Shown here: positions 12,701 through 26,507 of the stretch, one piece after another
Numbering within the stretch: the stretch's first letter is position 1
Layout: the number at the start of each line of letters is the position of its first letter
Translations under genes and position numbers: made by a program
The notes under the pieces: generated by a model
The model's database searches: none
What the model saw: only the letters and a program-made list of their open reading frames with translations
Told to the model about the DNA's origin: nothing
Source: Lingula anatina
Taxonomy: Eukaryota > Animalia > Brachiopoda
NCBI GenBank assembly: GCA_051362555.1
Contig: CM120641.1
Location: 39,190,401-39,254,400, forward strand
Length of the DNA: 64,000 bases
Direction: 5' to 3'

Positions 12701-15700
12701 CTAGAGCAAGAGAAATGCTCTCAGCACCATTAGTATCAAACAAATATTTACATAATAGTTTATCAGACCATTATTCATATAGGTTATACAGGTCATCAAA
12801 CTGGAATCTACTGCTTTATCCAGTACAGACTTATTTCAGAACACTGACTTACTTACAGCTTTATAAAGCAAAAGATAAAAAATTTACAAAAATCAATATC
12901 AGGTCAGCATATGAAAAGGATGTTGGCATCGATATACTAAATAACCACACGCTGATATATTGGAGATATTACTAGCTTTCTCTTTTTGCATGTACCACGG
13001 GCCATGCTGTTCTGTCTCATAACTAATGCAAATAATTCCAAGATGCAATTTAATCTACATCTTTCACGCCATTGTCATTTTTGCTGTGTCATTCACTTTG
13101 TGTAAAATCAATAAATGCAGAGTGCTGCATCTATGCTATGCGATTGAATATTGCTGTGCTCTAGACATACCAGCGTAAACTGCTGTAGGTAATGCTTTTT
13201 GACTAGACTGAACACAAAACCCATCAGGCCTGCCATATACAAACACATGGAGATGAAGCGGTGGTATTTTACAAAAGGTTCCAGAAAATCCTGAAATAAT
13301 AACAATAATTTCAACAGATTTCAGTAGATTGGCATGAAATATGCATGTGTATCAAGGAAGAAGTGACAGAAATAATCAAAGTGAATGCATAATTTAGAAA
13401 TATTTGAGCACCTTATTGTTACAATGGAGGTTAGAACATTTACACTGCCACATAACTAGTACAGCATGGCAAGATGGCTGCCAATATACCAGTACATATT
13501 GGTTGTTTGTTTTTATCTAACATACGTAGTCCTGTTGAATATAGAACCTGTTCAAACTCCATTCATGTATGACTTGAGTTGATTCCAGGAAAATGTGTCA
13601 ACAGTTAATTTGATAAATCAGTTGTGGGTATTGTTTAACAAAATATATGACTGAACAGAAACTAGCAAAAAATCCACAAATAACCATTTATGCATTTGTG
13701 TGCTTTTTGATTAAGACTAGTTGTCTCACTATGTTAGTTGTCTGTTTATTCTTCTTATTTGCATGGAGTGAATTTAATAAGCAGTTTTATTAAACAGGTA
13801 GACCTTGTAAATTCCCCATGCTTTAGCTTCTGCATTAAAACTACGTGAAATTAAGGCAAACCATGTACAACTATATCATAATGATCAGTACCAAGGATTT
13901 CCATCACATTTTCTTTCAAGTTCAAAAACCTGAAAGAACCCATATTATAGTCAGGATAATAAAACAATCTTTTCCCCCAGACATTTCTTATCTTTGATAT
14001 GTACAAAGCAAGGCCAGTTTTCACTTTCACCTCAAGTATAAGAAAAAAATACACATTTCCTTTTAGTATCATTTTTCATGTAAATGAGGTCAATTAATGC
14101 CTTGTCAAAAAAAAAAAAAAATTTGTATGCAGAACTATCAAGCAATAAAATGTTGAAGTCCCATGTTTAAATTTTTGAACTATACTTACATCTCGAGATA
14201 GTAGCAGTCCAAACCTATCGATTATATTTTCTCCATACAGGAAGTAATCAGAGGCGAACAAAAAATACCAACTTAATGTACGGAACCACGGAAGGTCGTG
14301 TGACCTATAGACAACATAGCCAATAGTGATGATCTCGTTGAAACATTTGAGTTGGATTACCAATATCTGAAAAAATGAGATCATATATTTTAGTTTGAAC
14401 CCTTCAGGCAAACTGGTGTTTTAAAGTTCGAAAGCAATGACACTGCTCAATAAAATTAGCAACTTTCCACCACTGTCTTCTGAATTGACTGTATAGTATG
14501 CCGACCATGATTCAATCGTTAATGGTCTGAGGCTTTGTAGCAGAGAGTAACTGTGCCCAACCCAACAGGTCACCAGACATGTATAGGAAATTTAAAGCCG
14601 ATTTGTCACTCAAAACAAGATTCAGATAATGATATCAATGCATGAAAATCTTGTTAAATATTCATTCAACTAGAGGATCAGAGAGGCGATACCGCCTCCA
14701 GATATTGTACCACCAGCTGGAGTAAGTGCATTCGTATGGACCCCCCCCCCCTCCTAAAAGGGACACCATCACCAGTCTGGTGTTTGACAAGCTCTATAAG
14801 ATGCAATCAACAAGAGTTCTCAAAATATGCAAAAAATATAACTAAAAATGATACAATCAAGCAGATTTTCAAATTGACTTGCATTTTCCTACCCTTGCTC
14901 ACTACTGTATTCTCTAGACAAAAGGCCTATTGGTTTTCCTTGAAATGTGTTGTCAATGGTGCATATATGCTGACAAAAGAGAAAACCTAGGGGAAACAAT
15001 GGGCACATCTCTGCTAGATTTAAAGATATGAGAGGCAAGAAAATATGCAAAGCTCAGTTCATGGTGAAAAAGTAGGTCAAAGGTCAATTTCAATATCATA
15101 GTATATGAATTTCTATTCAAGTTCAATAGCAACCATGGACATTTCTTTGCCAATTTTGCAGATTTAAAGGCCAGAAAACATGCAAAAAGCAGTTCATCAT
15201 AAAAAGTAGGTCAAAGGTCAATTTCAAGGTCACAGATTGCTAGTGTATTACTTCCTATTCAAGTTCAATAGTAACTATGGACCTATCTGTCAGTTTTGAA
15301 GATAAAGGTGAACGAAAATTTGCTAAGTTCAGTTCATAGTAAAAGGAAGGTCAAAGGTCAATTTAAAGGTCACAGTAAATTGCCAGTTCATGACTTCCTA
15401 TTTAAGTTCAATAGTAACTATGGACCTATCTCTGCCAGTTTTGGAGATTAAAGGGAACAAAAATTGGCAAAGTTCAATTCATGGTGAAAAGTAGGTCAAA
15501 GGTCAATTTTAAGGTCACTGATTAATTGCCAGTATGTGACTTCCTATTCAAGTTTAATAGTGACTATGGACCTATCTCTGCCAGTTTTGGAGATTAAAGG
15601 GAACAAAAATTGGCAAAGTTCAATTCATGGTGAAAAGTAGGTCAAAGGTCAATTTTAAGGTCACTGTTAAATTGCCAGTATGTGACCTCCTATTCAAGTT

Positions 15701-17886
15701 CAATAGTAACTATTGACTTATCTCTGCCAGTTTTGGAGATAAAAGGGAACAAAAATTTGCAAAGTTCAGTTCATGGTGAAAAGTAGGTCAAAGGTCAATT
15801 TCAAGCTCACATCTAGATTGCAAGTAAATGACTTCCTATTCAACTTAAATAATAACTATTGACCTATCTCTGCCAGTTTTGGAGATATAAGGGACTAAAT
15901 GTTACAATTCTGAGTTACAAAAATGTGCCACCACAAAGTACTTTTTAATACAGCATAACACGAAAACCGTATGAAATACAAAAAAAAACGGAGACCACTC
16001 TCAGTGTTGGGCTTTACATGCTCTACAAAATGCAAAAAAGAACGGGTCGCTAGCATTAACGGTTCCCGAATTAGAGACAGTTTTCATTTTCGGTATTTTA
16101 TGGCCGCTACTCCTGTGAAAATGCACCGATTGACCCCAAATTCACAGAGATGAAAGATGACCCAAAGGGTAACACTTTCCAATATAATTATTGGTTAAGT
16201 CTGTGTAGTGTCTGAATAACAGTGCAAATAATATTTTTTTTCGTAAAAAATTTCATTTTTTTGAAAATTTTGGCCCATTTGACCTTGAAATAAAGGTCAA
16301 AGGTCAAATCCAAGGGCATATTTGAAATCTACACATATGACTTTTGGAAAGCCGTCTGTAGAAAATTTTCCCATAATTCCTTCCGTAGGGTAGATAATTG
16401 GCATTGAATTTTCAAAAATTTTGACAAGGGTGCATTTCAAGGAGCGTCACGCCCAGGTCAATGTACCGACTGAGACAAAAAAACCTGGGGGTTCAAGTTG
16501 AGGTTATATGTGACCTAAATCCAAGAGATGGGGACAGGGGTCCTTGCGGTCTAGGAGGAGAAGCGGTAACGGTGACTTGTATCCGGCGCCAGTACGCGGA
16601 GCCGGCGGAGCTTACGGAGCCGGCGGAGCCAACGGAGCCGGCGGAGCCGGCGGAGCCGGCGGAGCCGGACGAGACGGGTCGGGACTAAAACCATGAGTAC
16701 CGCCAGCGTACACGCTGGTGGTACTAATTAGTCAAGATCAATTAAACAATATTTTCTAAATCTGGATCCAAGTCAAAACCCCGAGAGCTTTACACTTACA
16801 AATCTTATTCACTTTAGAGAACTTTGAACTAAGCTTTAAGTTAATTTTAAAAAATAACTTCAAAATCAACATACCAGTAACATCAGTGCCAGTGGCCCAA
16901 GATATATGAGGAAAAAAAATGAAAAGATCATCACCAAAGAAAAAATGCCTCGTACAATCCAATTCCTCCATCTGTAAAAAAAAAACAGAAATTGTTTGAA
17001 TACAACTGGCATTTATGCCTCATGGGGCACTAACATAAAGCCGATTCCTAGACCCACAGCAACAATGTACCTATAAACCCAAACTTCATATTTATAACAT
17101 AAAATGCCAAAACCCATCTTGTAATGTGTGAAAAAGTATGCAAATTATTAATCATTACAAACCTTGGTGGTAAAGTCTTTAATGCTGAATCTAGAACTTC
17201 TGAGGTTTGGTCTGTGGCCTGCGGGAGTAGAGATCCTGATAAATCAAGTCCTTCTGGAGTTTCTTCTTCCTCTTCTTTTGGTGCATTTTTATTGTCCTAA
17301 ATATGTAAAAGCAAGCATATATTCCAGGTCAGTCTATACAAAGTATCTTACTTAATTACAAAATTGATTTAATGAATGATACTGGTCAAAGTTATACTGC
17401 TTACACTGTGAATCACCATAACTCTTCAAAAGAAAAAAAAACATGTTGCTTCAATATGGAAAGGATAATATATTAAAGTTAATTACTTAAAATGACCTTG
17501 ATCTTCCACTACTTTGAACCACTACCATTCTATCTTTTATCAGTCTAATCATCATATCGACTGATTTTATTTCAGCATAATAAACTATCACCAGCAGAGA
17601 TGCCAAGGTCACATCTGAAGTTGGAGGCTTGCCACAACCCACAGTGGTGTGGTATCACCACACCAAACCACAACACACAGTGGTGTGGTGACATGTATTA
17701 AAAATGATCCATTAAAAATATCACAAGCCTAACCAATGGTTTATTGATTAGCAGATCATGTAAACCGTTGTCATAACTGAAAACTTTTTAACTGCTCATA
17801 ACAAACAGCCTATCAGAAGCACCACTGTTTATTCTCCAACATCCTTGATGTATGGTAGATATTCTTATTGTTGTGTTTAAGTACAG

Positions 17887-17924
<38 letters not shown>

Positions 17925-19847
17925 AAAACATAAAAGTGCAGTTGAACTCAAAAAAGCACACTCAATAAATGAAACTGCAACTTCAAATCCAACAGCCAGT
18001 TATAAAGTAATGGATGTCTACCGTTGCATAAATATCCCATGAAGAAGTTAGTGAGAATTGTGTTCTTGTTACAAGTCTGAATATCTCACTTGGAAATAAT
18101 AAGGAGTGATGAACACATTTAAACTCATATGTTGGCCAAGCCTACATGGGATCACCTGTACAATGTAATAAAATATGTTCTACTTAATGCTCACATGCAT
18201 GGTTTTAGTAACAGCCTTCAGTAAATGATGGTCCTCAATCCATCTTCTACAGACCATTGATTTTACTTTGGCATTTAATGATTACGTACTCACAAATTAC
18301 TTTTTTTTTTTTACAAATCTATGGCCACATGGCTTTTCAGTAGAGTGTAGTGTATGTAGGTAAGAAAAAAAGTGTTTCCAGAATAAGAGCAGTTTTAATA
18401 GTCTTAATTGTATGTATGTATGTATGTATGTATGTATGTATGTATGTATGTATCTTTTGTACCACAACAGTGACTATGAAACGTGTAATAAGCGTATTTG
18501 TGGAGTTCAGTGTAACCAAAAGGTCCTATCTGTGACATGTAACTTAACTGTTAAAAGGGTATGAGTCATCAACTGTTGTCACATATGAATGGTTTCAAAA
18601 ATGCATTTTTAAGAAAATTGGATTAAGAAATCCACTGCTTGTAGCAGGAAAGATGCCTGATGTATAAGGGACTATATCAGTCAAATAATATCCATAGACA
18701 TATTTTTTCATTAAAATTTAAAATATAGTGTTGAGTAGTTTGAAGAATTCTAGCAATATTATTTACATCTCTTGTATTCACTTACCTAGAAAGACGTAAA
18801 TAACATTGTAATTATATACTACAGGGGACTTTATTCTCTTTCTGCAGTTCTTCAATTCACTTCATGCTATTTAGTTAATTTATTGGCAGTGCTGAATGCA
18901 CAGAAAGGGGGCAACGTAAAGGTGACTCCTGTAATTGCCAGGCTATATCAAGTCTTTCAAAACATACCAGCACAGCTGTATCGCTAAGAAATAATGCACA
19001 GTATGAAAAGCCCTTTCCTACTTTAGAGTTGAGGAATATTTATGTTCACTGCCACTATATGAGCATGAAAATTCATGCATTAGCACTCTTATGTACAGTT
19101 CTGATATGCACTGAATTTAGTAATGCATGAAAGCAAACAGCTCAAAAACTCTTAGTACAATGACAGCCAGATTGCACATCATGTCAGGGCTCTCGAACCT
19201 TTATCTTCCACTTAATGAATCAAAGCCCAGCAGTTGTCCCATTGACAAAGCTATGTATATGGTATGATTCATCTGCTTGTTTACCAGTTAGGTCAGGTAA
19301 AATCATAAACATATTTCCCCGGTTTTCCTGGATGGAGGGCAATGACCACAACGAATGGACTTCTGATTGCGAGAAGTACATTAAAAATCTCCAGCATCAC
19401 GGAGGATGTGCAAGCTGGACGGCATGTTACACTTTTGGGCTGTTTGTTTTCATGTACTAGCACAGCCAATACATTTCAGAAACAGCAAATTTGAGTGCTA
19501 ACGCATGGGTTTGCTACCACTATACTGAGAGTATGCACTGAAACTATTGACCGAGCATAGTTTCCCCTGGTCATGGCCATCTCCTTTCTAGTTTTGCCAA
19601 CCTCAAGTCTTATTTCCTGCCAACCTCAAGTCTTATTTCCTAAGTAGATGTACAAAATCGATTTCTTTAAAATATGCAGCAAATTAAAATGTGGATGTGA
19701 CCCGACCAGGTTTATCTAACTCATTCATTGGTTAACATCAAGGCATCATTTTATCTATACTTTCAGTGAAAAAATTATTGTTGTTCCGATTACCTCCGTT
19801 TCTGCTTTGTCTGCATTGTCGCTGATTCTTTGTCTAACTGTGGACAT
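9712..19847 (-). CDS. CDS: Phosphatidate cytidylyltransferase (CDP-diacylglycerol synthase, CDS1/2 family), 11 coding exons, 444 aa
   Basis: Exons 19794-19847, 17163-17296, 16875-16971, 14190-14366, 13171-13290, 12573-12655, 11655-11811, 11043-11198, 10640-10774, 10195-10298, 9712-9829. All GT-AG and phase-consistent, 1335 nt. Motifs [71 protein letters not shown]. Confidence 0.97.
15040..15895 (+). repeat. Tandem array, about 6 copies of a 134-146 bp unit
   Basis: AGGTCAAAGGTCA recurs at 15074, 15208, 15348, 15493, 15639 and 15785 (spacings 134, 140, 145, 146, 146). Confidence 0.95.
16596..16668 (+). repeat. 9-bp minisatellite (GCGGAGCCG)n, about 8 copies
   Basis: Directly visible: gcggagccggcggagcttacggagccggcggagccaacggagccggcggagccggcgg... 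Confidence 0.9.
17888..17918. repeat. (CA)n microsatellite
   Basis: Perfect dinucleotide run. Confidence 0.95.
18409..18453. repeat. (TATG)n microsatellite
   Basis: About 11 tetranucleotide copies. Confidence 0.95.
19595..19640. repeat. Exact 23-bp tandem duplication
   Basis: tgccaacctcaagtcttatttcc occurs twice in CDS intron 1. Confidence 0.9.
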
Positions 19848-20185
19848 TTTAATGATTATGCTGTACCTCGAAAAAGAGGAAGTTTTCTATTCTTCCACAG
19901 CTTTTCCTAAATCTATGCATTAACTTGTTGTTGATATCATACTAATCTCGCGAAGTCTCGCAATAAAGATAGGTCAATCAAGACAGGCCAGCTTACGAAT
20001 GCTGTACACAGCACTTGGAAACTATGAAATTGGAAAGGCTGTACCAATAATAACTGTTGTTTTATGAAAAAAATATTCATCTGTGCCTTAAATCAACAAT
20101 TGCAAAGACAAGAGCTTTTATACGTTAACTTATCAGGAATTAAGTTACAAGTGAAGAGTTTACGGAGTTTTGAATAAACCTCAAA
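19848..20185. promoter_or_regulatory. Bidirectional promoter shared by CDS and MCU
   Basis: The divergent ATGs are only 338 bp apart. CpGs are retained locally. Tandem TCTCGCGAAG/TCTCGCAATA (19946-19965) resembles the TCTCGCGAGA element. Confidence 0.75.
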
Positions 20186-23100
20186 ATGGTGGTTACGTCT
20201 GCACTCCGTCTGAGTCGGGCGGTCTTATCATTGAACACTTCGGGAGTTACGGCGGGTTTTCTCAGCAGAGAGGTTTGTGCAGATTTTCAATACAATTAAA
20301 ATACACATTAACGACGTTCTCTATTTGAAATGTTATCAGGCAAGAGAAGGCATTTCATCGTAATCAAAAATGTTTGCTGCTCTCGGGTTCAAGAACTTGC
20401 ACATCGTCCTACTCATAGCCAACATGGACTGGGAGGTAGTGTGGTTAGTATGGTTGGGCGAGCCGCTTAGAGCTAAGGTTACTTGTACACTCTGGATTAA
20501 ATTACAAATAATACGTTACTTTCATAATCTGTAATACTTTGCAAATATTGTCACCAACCTGGTCCTCTGATATGCACTTTTTGTATGGTTGCAAATATTA
20601 CATAACACCATAGAAGTAGAGAAAGTCACATTGCAGGAGCATTATTCTGCATTGTATGATTGTAGAGTACTAAAAGTCTGCCATTTAAGTATCTATGGAG
20701 GCTAAGCTGACAACTGAAAATAAAGCTGACTGCTGAATTGGAATACAAATTTAAGTCTATCATTTAAATTATTTGGGGTATAAAGGGGGTTTTGTTTCCA
20801 TAATATGAAAAAGAGTTTAAATTAAGCTATATAGCAGTTATCATTGATATGACCTTTATCAGAACAGGACTATTCAGACACTATTATTATTATTTAATAC
20901 CTACATGCATCAAATATTACATGGATGTTAACTATATAATCCTTCTATATGAACAGTATTATCAGCATGAATATTTTGCACAAATGCTAAGACTGCATAG
21001 CAATCATTTTGATATGCAAATCATTTTGGTTACGTCTGTTGAAGCAAATAGTTGTGTATTGTTTTAACACAATGTAGATTACTTCACAGTTTTAATATTA
21101 ATATCCAAGTTAAAGTGTTAGGAAATAGTGTTTATATATATTGATATTCATAAGCTGCATATACAGCATACTTGGAATAGATATATAGAAAGGAAGCATT
21201 AGGTATGGTAAAGTGGAACGTCCCGCCTGCCCAGCTGGGTGCCACAGGTGATGTCTTCCATTTGATCGATGATTTAAGCACTGCTGATACTAGCTTTTCC
21301 TTATTATAACCCCAGGCTGACATAATCTGCAGATTGTCTCATACCTTAACATTTTATATTTAGAAAGAAGAAGTTAAATAACACAGTGCAGTGATTTTGG
21401 AAAAGGTTGAAGAAAAGATACTGAATAATAACATAGTTATCAGGCCTCCTAAACATTTATGACTCATACCCAGGAAACACTGACATCCAAAAACTGTGGT
21501 AAAACCAGAAATAGTCCCTTTGCTATATTTTGTAATTTTGAAAGTATAGATAGTATAACTGTATTTAGTATTTGTGATGCAGGCCCGTAGGTGGGGTAGG
21601 TAAGGTAATAACTGGTCCAAGGATCAAATATGGTGGACTGTACATGAAAGGAAGACCATTTGATCCTGTAATGGTCTCTCCGCCTCTCACACGCCTCTCC
21701 ACGTGTCCAGTTGAATGGAGCTGAGATTTAATCAGTGTGCCTCTGAATGTCTCCTTAAAAAAAGAGGATTTGGCAGTGAATTCCATTTATTAAAACCATT
21801 TGTCAAAAATACTTTATATAGGTGTTAGACATTGTGAGCTATTTCTTCTGGAATGTGTCTGGCTATATGCTCAGTCTTCATGAATCTGTTTGTCCATAGC
21901 TTTGATTATTCTCACAGATTATCTCCTTTTTTCATTGAAAACTTACAGGTATTTGTTTCACCAAGTCAAAAGTCAATTTCAGAGTAAATTTTTGCCTGTG
22001 TAGCATATGGTCCAAATATTCTAACAAGAAAAAATTAAAAATTACATAGATGTTATTACCCTCTACCAAAGTTTTTATCATCTGTATGCAATCAGTGTTA
22101 TGTGCCAGATTATGTGTGTACTCCATTGTCTTAAATTTGCACAATGAAAAGGTAACTACACTTATATTTGGTGCTGTTTTAGCTATGAGAGCACTGTTAT
22201 ATATTCTATATCAGTGGGGAGGGCACCAGGTGTTTTGTTTTGAATGCAGTCCACTTGAAATGTTTCCATTTTGCCAGATCAATAACTCTGCTGATTTTGT
22301 TATATTAACATCATATTTGTCATGCCTCGTCTCCTATAGATGTAAATTGATCTATCATTCAAAATTAAGTAGATATCACTCATTATTATATACTTGTACT
22401 TCTGTTTCTTATTCATTCTGTTTTCAACAGATGAGCTAATTTATTATTCCTCCTATTTGATAAATTTTTCAAACAGTCTACACAGTAATGTACTTCATGG
22501 TTTCTCATAGATGAATCATGATGAAATAAAATTATTGATTTAAATTTACCTAAGTATTTTATTTAAACTAATATATGTATATAAGTATATGTAGACAAAC
22601 CACCAGTGTTTTTAAAGATCCTGATGATTAAGAAAAGTAGATTAAGTTGATATGATGTCATGTATTTGTATGTGTACAAATGGATCTTGTCAAAAACTTG
22701 ATTATAAAATGAAGTAAGGGAATGTTGTCTGTAAAGGCTTACTTAAGTAGATGGTTCAGATTTATTATCTAAGTAACTTTCAGAATTGTGCTGAAATTGA
22801 TCTAATAATTCACCAAAACATGAGATTTTATACTTACGAAAAAATATGTTTCATTTATCAGGTTTACCTGTCTAAAAATCTTTGGTTAATTTCACATAAA
22901 ACTGTTTAGCCAAGTTGTGTAGGGTAATGCACATCCAGTGTTCAGAAATTGTGTTTATCCTCTCTCTGACAGTGTGGCTGAAGTCTTCATCCATGTTTTT
23001 AATGGTGGATACCAATGTAAACAGGTGTAAAGCATCAAATTTGGCTAAGTTAACACAATAAACAAAATATTTATAGAGTATGGCAAGCTGGTAAGATTCC

Positions 23101-26100
23101 TTTAGTGTGTTACATGTGGCCTTTTGGTACCTGTATATGCCACTGCTTTAATCTGAATCATGCAATTCATTAATTTGTGTATAATGGGCCTGAGACAATA
23201 TCGGTTAACTTGGCAAACCAATTAATTGAAAACAATACAAAATTTAAAAAATAAATATTATAAATAAATCCAATAAATTAATTAAAAAAATCCAGACATT
23301 TTGCTTAAAATTTACTTTTACCCATTTTTTGTGCTAGATGTTAGTAAACACAGGAAACTACCTGTCTGACTGGACATGACCGCGTGAAAAGCCAGAGGAC
23401 CGAGAAGAGTTTTGATAATGCAGGTCCTCTGCACGGCAATACATATAAATGAATCATATATAAACATTGACTAACAGACCTGATCAGAATTAGATTTCTT
23501 GTAGTGCAGGTCCTCCAGACCTTAAGTACTTCCAAAGTTTTCCCCATGTCTGTCTTTGCCTACTAAGCATTAACTTGTTGCATTTTAAAGTGTATATATA
23601 TAATAGTGTCCTATACCTCTTCTTTTTGGTCTTCAGTTTTTGCTGACAGCCCAAATTTTTAGCCTGTTGTGAGGCAGGCTGAATGTATTATAGGTCACTT
23701 ATTTATAATAAGTACATTCTTCACTAATATTTAATTTGGTCTTATTAAACTAAGCATAAAATTTGTGATTTTTTAAAAAGAAATTATAATTTTACACAAG
23801 GTAGGTTTAAGTTTCAGGTATTGAGCTTTCCATGATACTATAAATGTACAGTGTATTATCAAGTTTATTTTCAAGCCCACTGAAGATATTTTTGTATGTA
23901 TATTTATATAGCAGTGTGATCCTAGAAAAAGAAATTCACATCTATTTTTCTGTATTCCAGGTTTCCTTTTATGGCCTGGCTTCATGTATTTTGTCCCAGA
24001 ATAATTTTTCAACCAGAACAGCCTTATATAAAAATGGTAAGTTTTTTTCTTTGAACAAAATAAGATATTTTTAAAATGAAATGGGATAGATCTTTTATAA
24101 TAAATGTTTCAAATATAAAGCATTTTTATGTTGAGCAGTATACTTCAGTGGATAACTTAGTAAGTGGACCTGTCCTTTGGATGTGAAAAGGGCTAAGACT
24201 CATTTATTGTTGATCATGTTGATACTTTTCCAGGAGAAGAAAATATATAGTGGCATAGCACAGGCTAGAGTTGACCTACAGATAAAAGTGCTAGCAACTT
24301 ACTAGCATGTTTTTTATTTCATTTTAAATTGTGAGCATCTTTATGCTTTTTTTTTTCAATGCTCTTCCAATTTGTTGTGCATTTTCTGGATGAAAACCGT
24401 ATTCAGGCTTCCCTGACTACCAAATTGCTTTTCTGCTGTTTTCACACAAATTTATATTCACCTCTGTTTTTGCACATCTTACAAATTTCCACACAACCCA
24501 AATATTCCATAAAACTGTGCTGTTATAATTTGTTTGATCACACACATATAGGTTTCCAGTCTCTTCTACTGGTGACCCTCGGTATGTTTTCATTCAGAAG
24601 TAGTGCTTCACTTGAACGAATTATTGCCTACAGTATCTTTTTCTGTATGTATAACTACAAACTGTCATTTCCATTTGCTAGATTGAAGGGCAAATTTTTT
24701 AATCCAATATCCAAATGTATGCAACAAGGAAGTAGATTTTAATTGCTTGTTATTATAACCATTAATAAATGGATCATGTTCATAAATTGCTACATTGTGA
24801 AAATGAGATATAGAAACCTTGATACGGGTACTAGGTATGAAAATTTGAAGTGCAGTGCAGAAAGATGTAGATGTAGATATGTGTGGAATGGAAACACAAA
24901 AAATAGCATTAATGTAGTGCGGGATATTGGTGGGTTATGGAGATAATTATTCTAAGATGTTCAGAACACGGGTAATGCTCATTATCACATACAGTAGGCA
25001 GGCCTGATATTTATGTAGATAAAAATGTAATTGTAAAACAATATTAATATATATAGTGGCATAGACTTATTCTATGGTACTTTTACTTTTCCTTTTAGCC
25101 AAACAACTGAAAAATGTAAGCAATTAATTGAAAGCAACCTTGTATTCTTTTTATCTTCCTTAATTTTTACAGTAAGTATGTGATTTGGTGAATATTTTGT
25201 GTTTTGTCAAACCACTGAGGATTTTCTTTTATGCTGTCCAGGGGTGTTCATACCCATTTTTCACAGTAATCCTTGAGTTATCAATAGAGTGTTTATAAAT
25301 ATTTCATGCTTAATTACCTAGGCTAAGAGCAGTGCTCCATTCAGGATCAGAATTTATTGATCATTGATCAGCTCAATATTGCAGTCTACTGTATTTAGTG
25401 CACTCTCCAATAATATAGTAGATTCCCGATATGTATTAGTCTTTGTTGTGGGTAATAAGATATCTTGGTCTACTTTACTTGATTATTAGTTCCCCAAGAG
25501 ACCGATTAATAGAAGAAAATAGATACTTTGTATCATGTCATTGATGTGTGATGTTTGGCTTTTCATAATGGATGTATTGATGAGCGTAGAATATTTCTTT
25601 GGTAATTTACGGCTGGAGAGACATCAATAATATCTGTGTTAAGAATAGTAAGATGTAAATTTCATGTTATATTTAATGTGGCCTTATGGGTCAAGAATTC
25701 AAACACTATATTAGAAACTGGTATAAACACCTGCATCACTTTGCCTGGCTAGCATATGCTAGGCTCTGTAATCTTTAATAGTCCACCTTTGGCTTAGCCA
25801 TCAGGTGGAACTTGTATACTATTATGTGCCAGTAGGTTATTTAGATGTCTGTTATATAGGCATATAAATCAAATAACCTTCACAGGCTGTGCCAAAAGCA
25901 TTTTAGCCTTCTAGCCTTTCGGGATATAGAGGGCTAGTGTTATATAAACTTTATTTTTTTTAGTTGCCTGGCACCTGTTTTGATGGGGCAATTGCTCGCG
26001 GGGCTTGTGCCTAACAGCCAAGAGTGCCTTTACTTTACACAATGTTATTATTTTGGTCTGGTTTATTTATATGTAATACTTTCCATATAAAAAAGAACGC

Positions 26101-26463
26101 ATTGCTTAAGTTAACTATTATAATATGGAGATGGAGTCAGCCAGTGTTTTTTCAGATAGTGTAAAACAGATTATCCCAAATGCTATTTTTCATTTGCCCA
26201 CTAATGGTGTGTAAGCCTGCTTGTACTGCCTAATGGAAATTATGATGATGGCACTTAAACACTGACATTTGAAAAAGAACACCCATTTGAACATTTGAAC
26301 AATAAGTCAGAGATCGAATATGTTGTTTTGAAAGTGTTCTTTTCTACATACATGTTCATAATAACAATTCTCCCTCATGGCAATTAAAGATGTTTAAACT
26401 TTTTATTCTAAGTTTGATTTTGATTTTTGGGAAGATGACATTGACTTTATCATTTACTTTTAT

Positions 26464-26507
<44 letters not shown>

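Larger units (their letters stand above)
14668..16727 (+). mobile_element. Non-autonomous Helentron/HINE-like element in CDS intron 3
   Basis: Starts AACTAGAGG with a short hairpin GAGGCG...CGCCTC, then an internal tandem array and a GC-rich minisatellite. Ends in hairpin AGTACCGCCAGCGT-ac-ACGCTGGTGGTACT (16696-16725). CpG-rich relative to the host intron. Confidence 0.7.

Noticed and set aside
12720-12800. C/D-box-like motifs (TTGATGA...CTGA) on the minus strand in CDS intron 5
   Set aside because: There is no terminal stem and no recognisable rRNA-complementary guide; such motifs are expected by chance in AT-rich DNA.
15040-15895. Regularly spaced repeats resembling a CRISPR array
   Set aside because: The whole units are homologous with no unique spacers, the context is a eukaryotic intron, and there are no cas genes.
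16461-16688. ORF with AEPAEP repeats
   Set aside because: It is the translation of the 9-bp minisatellite inside the Helentron-like element, antisense within a CDS intron.
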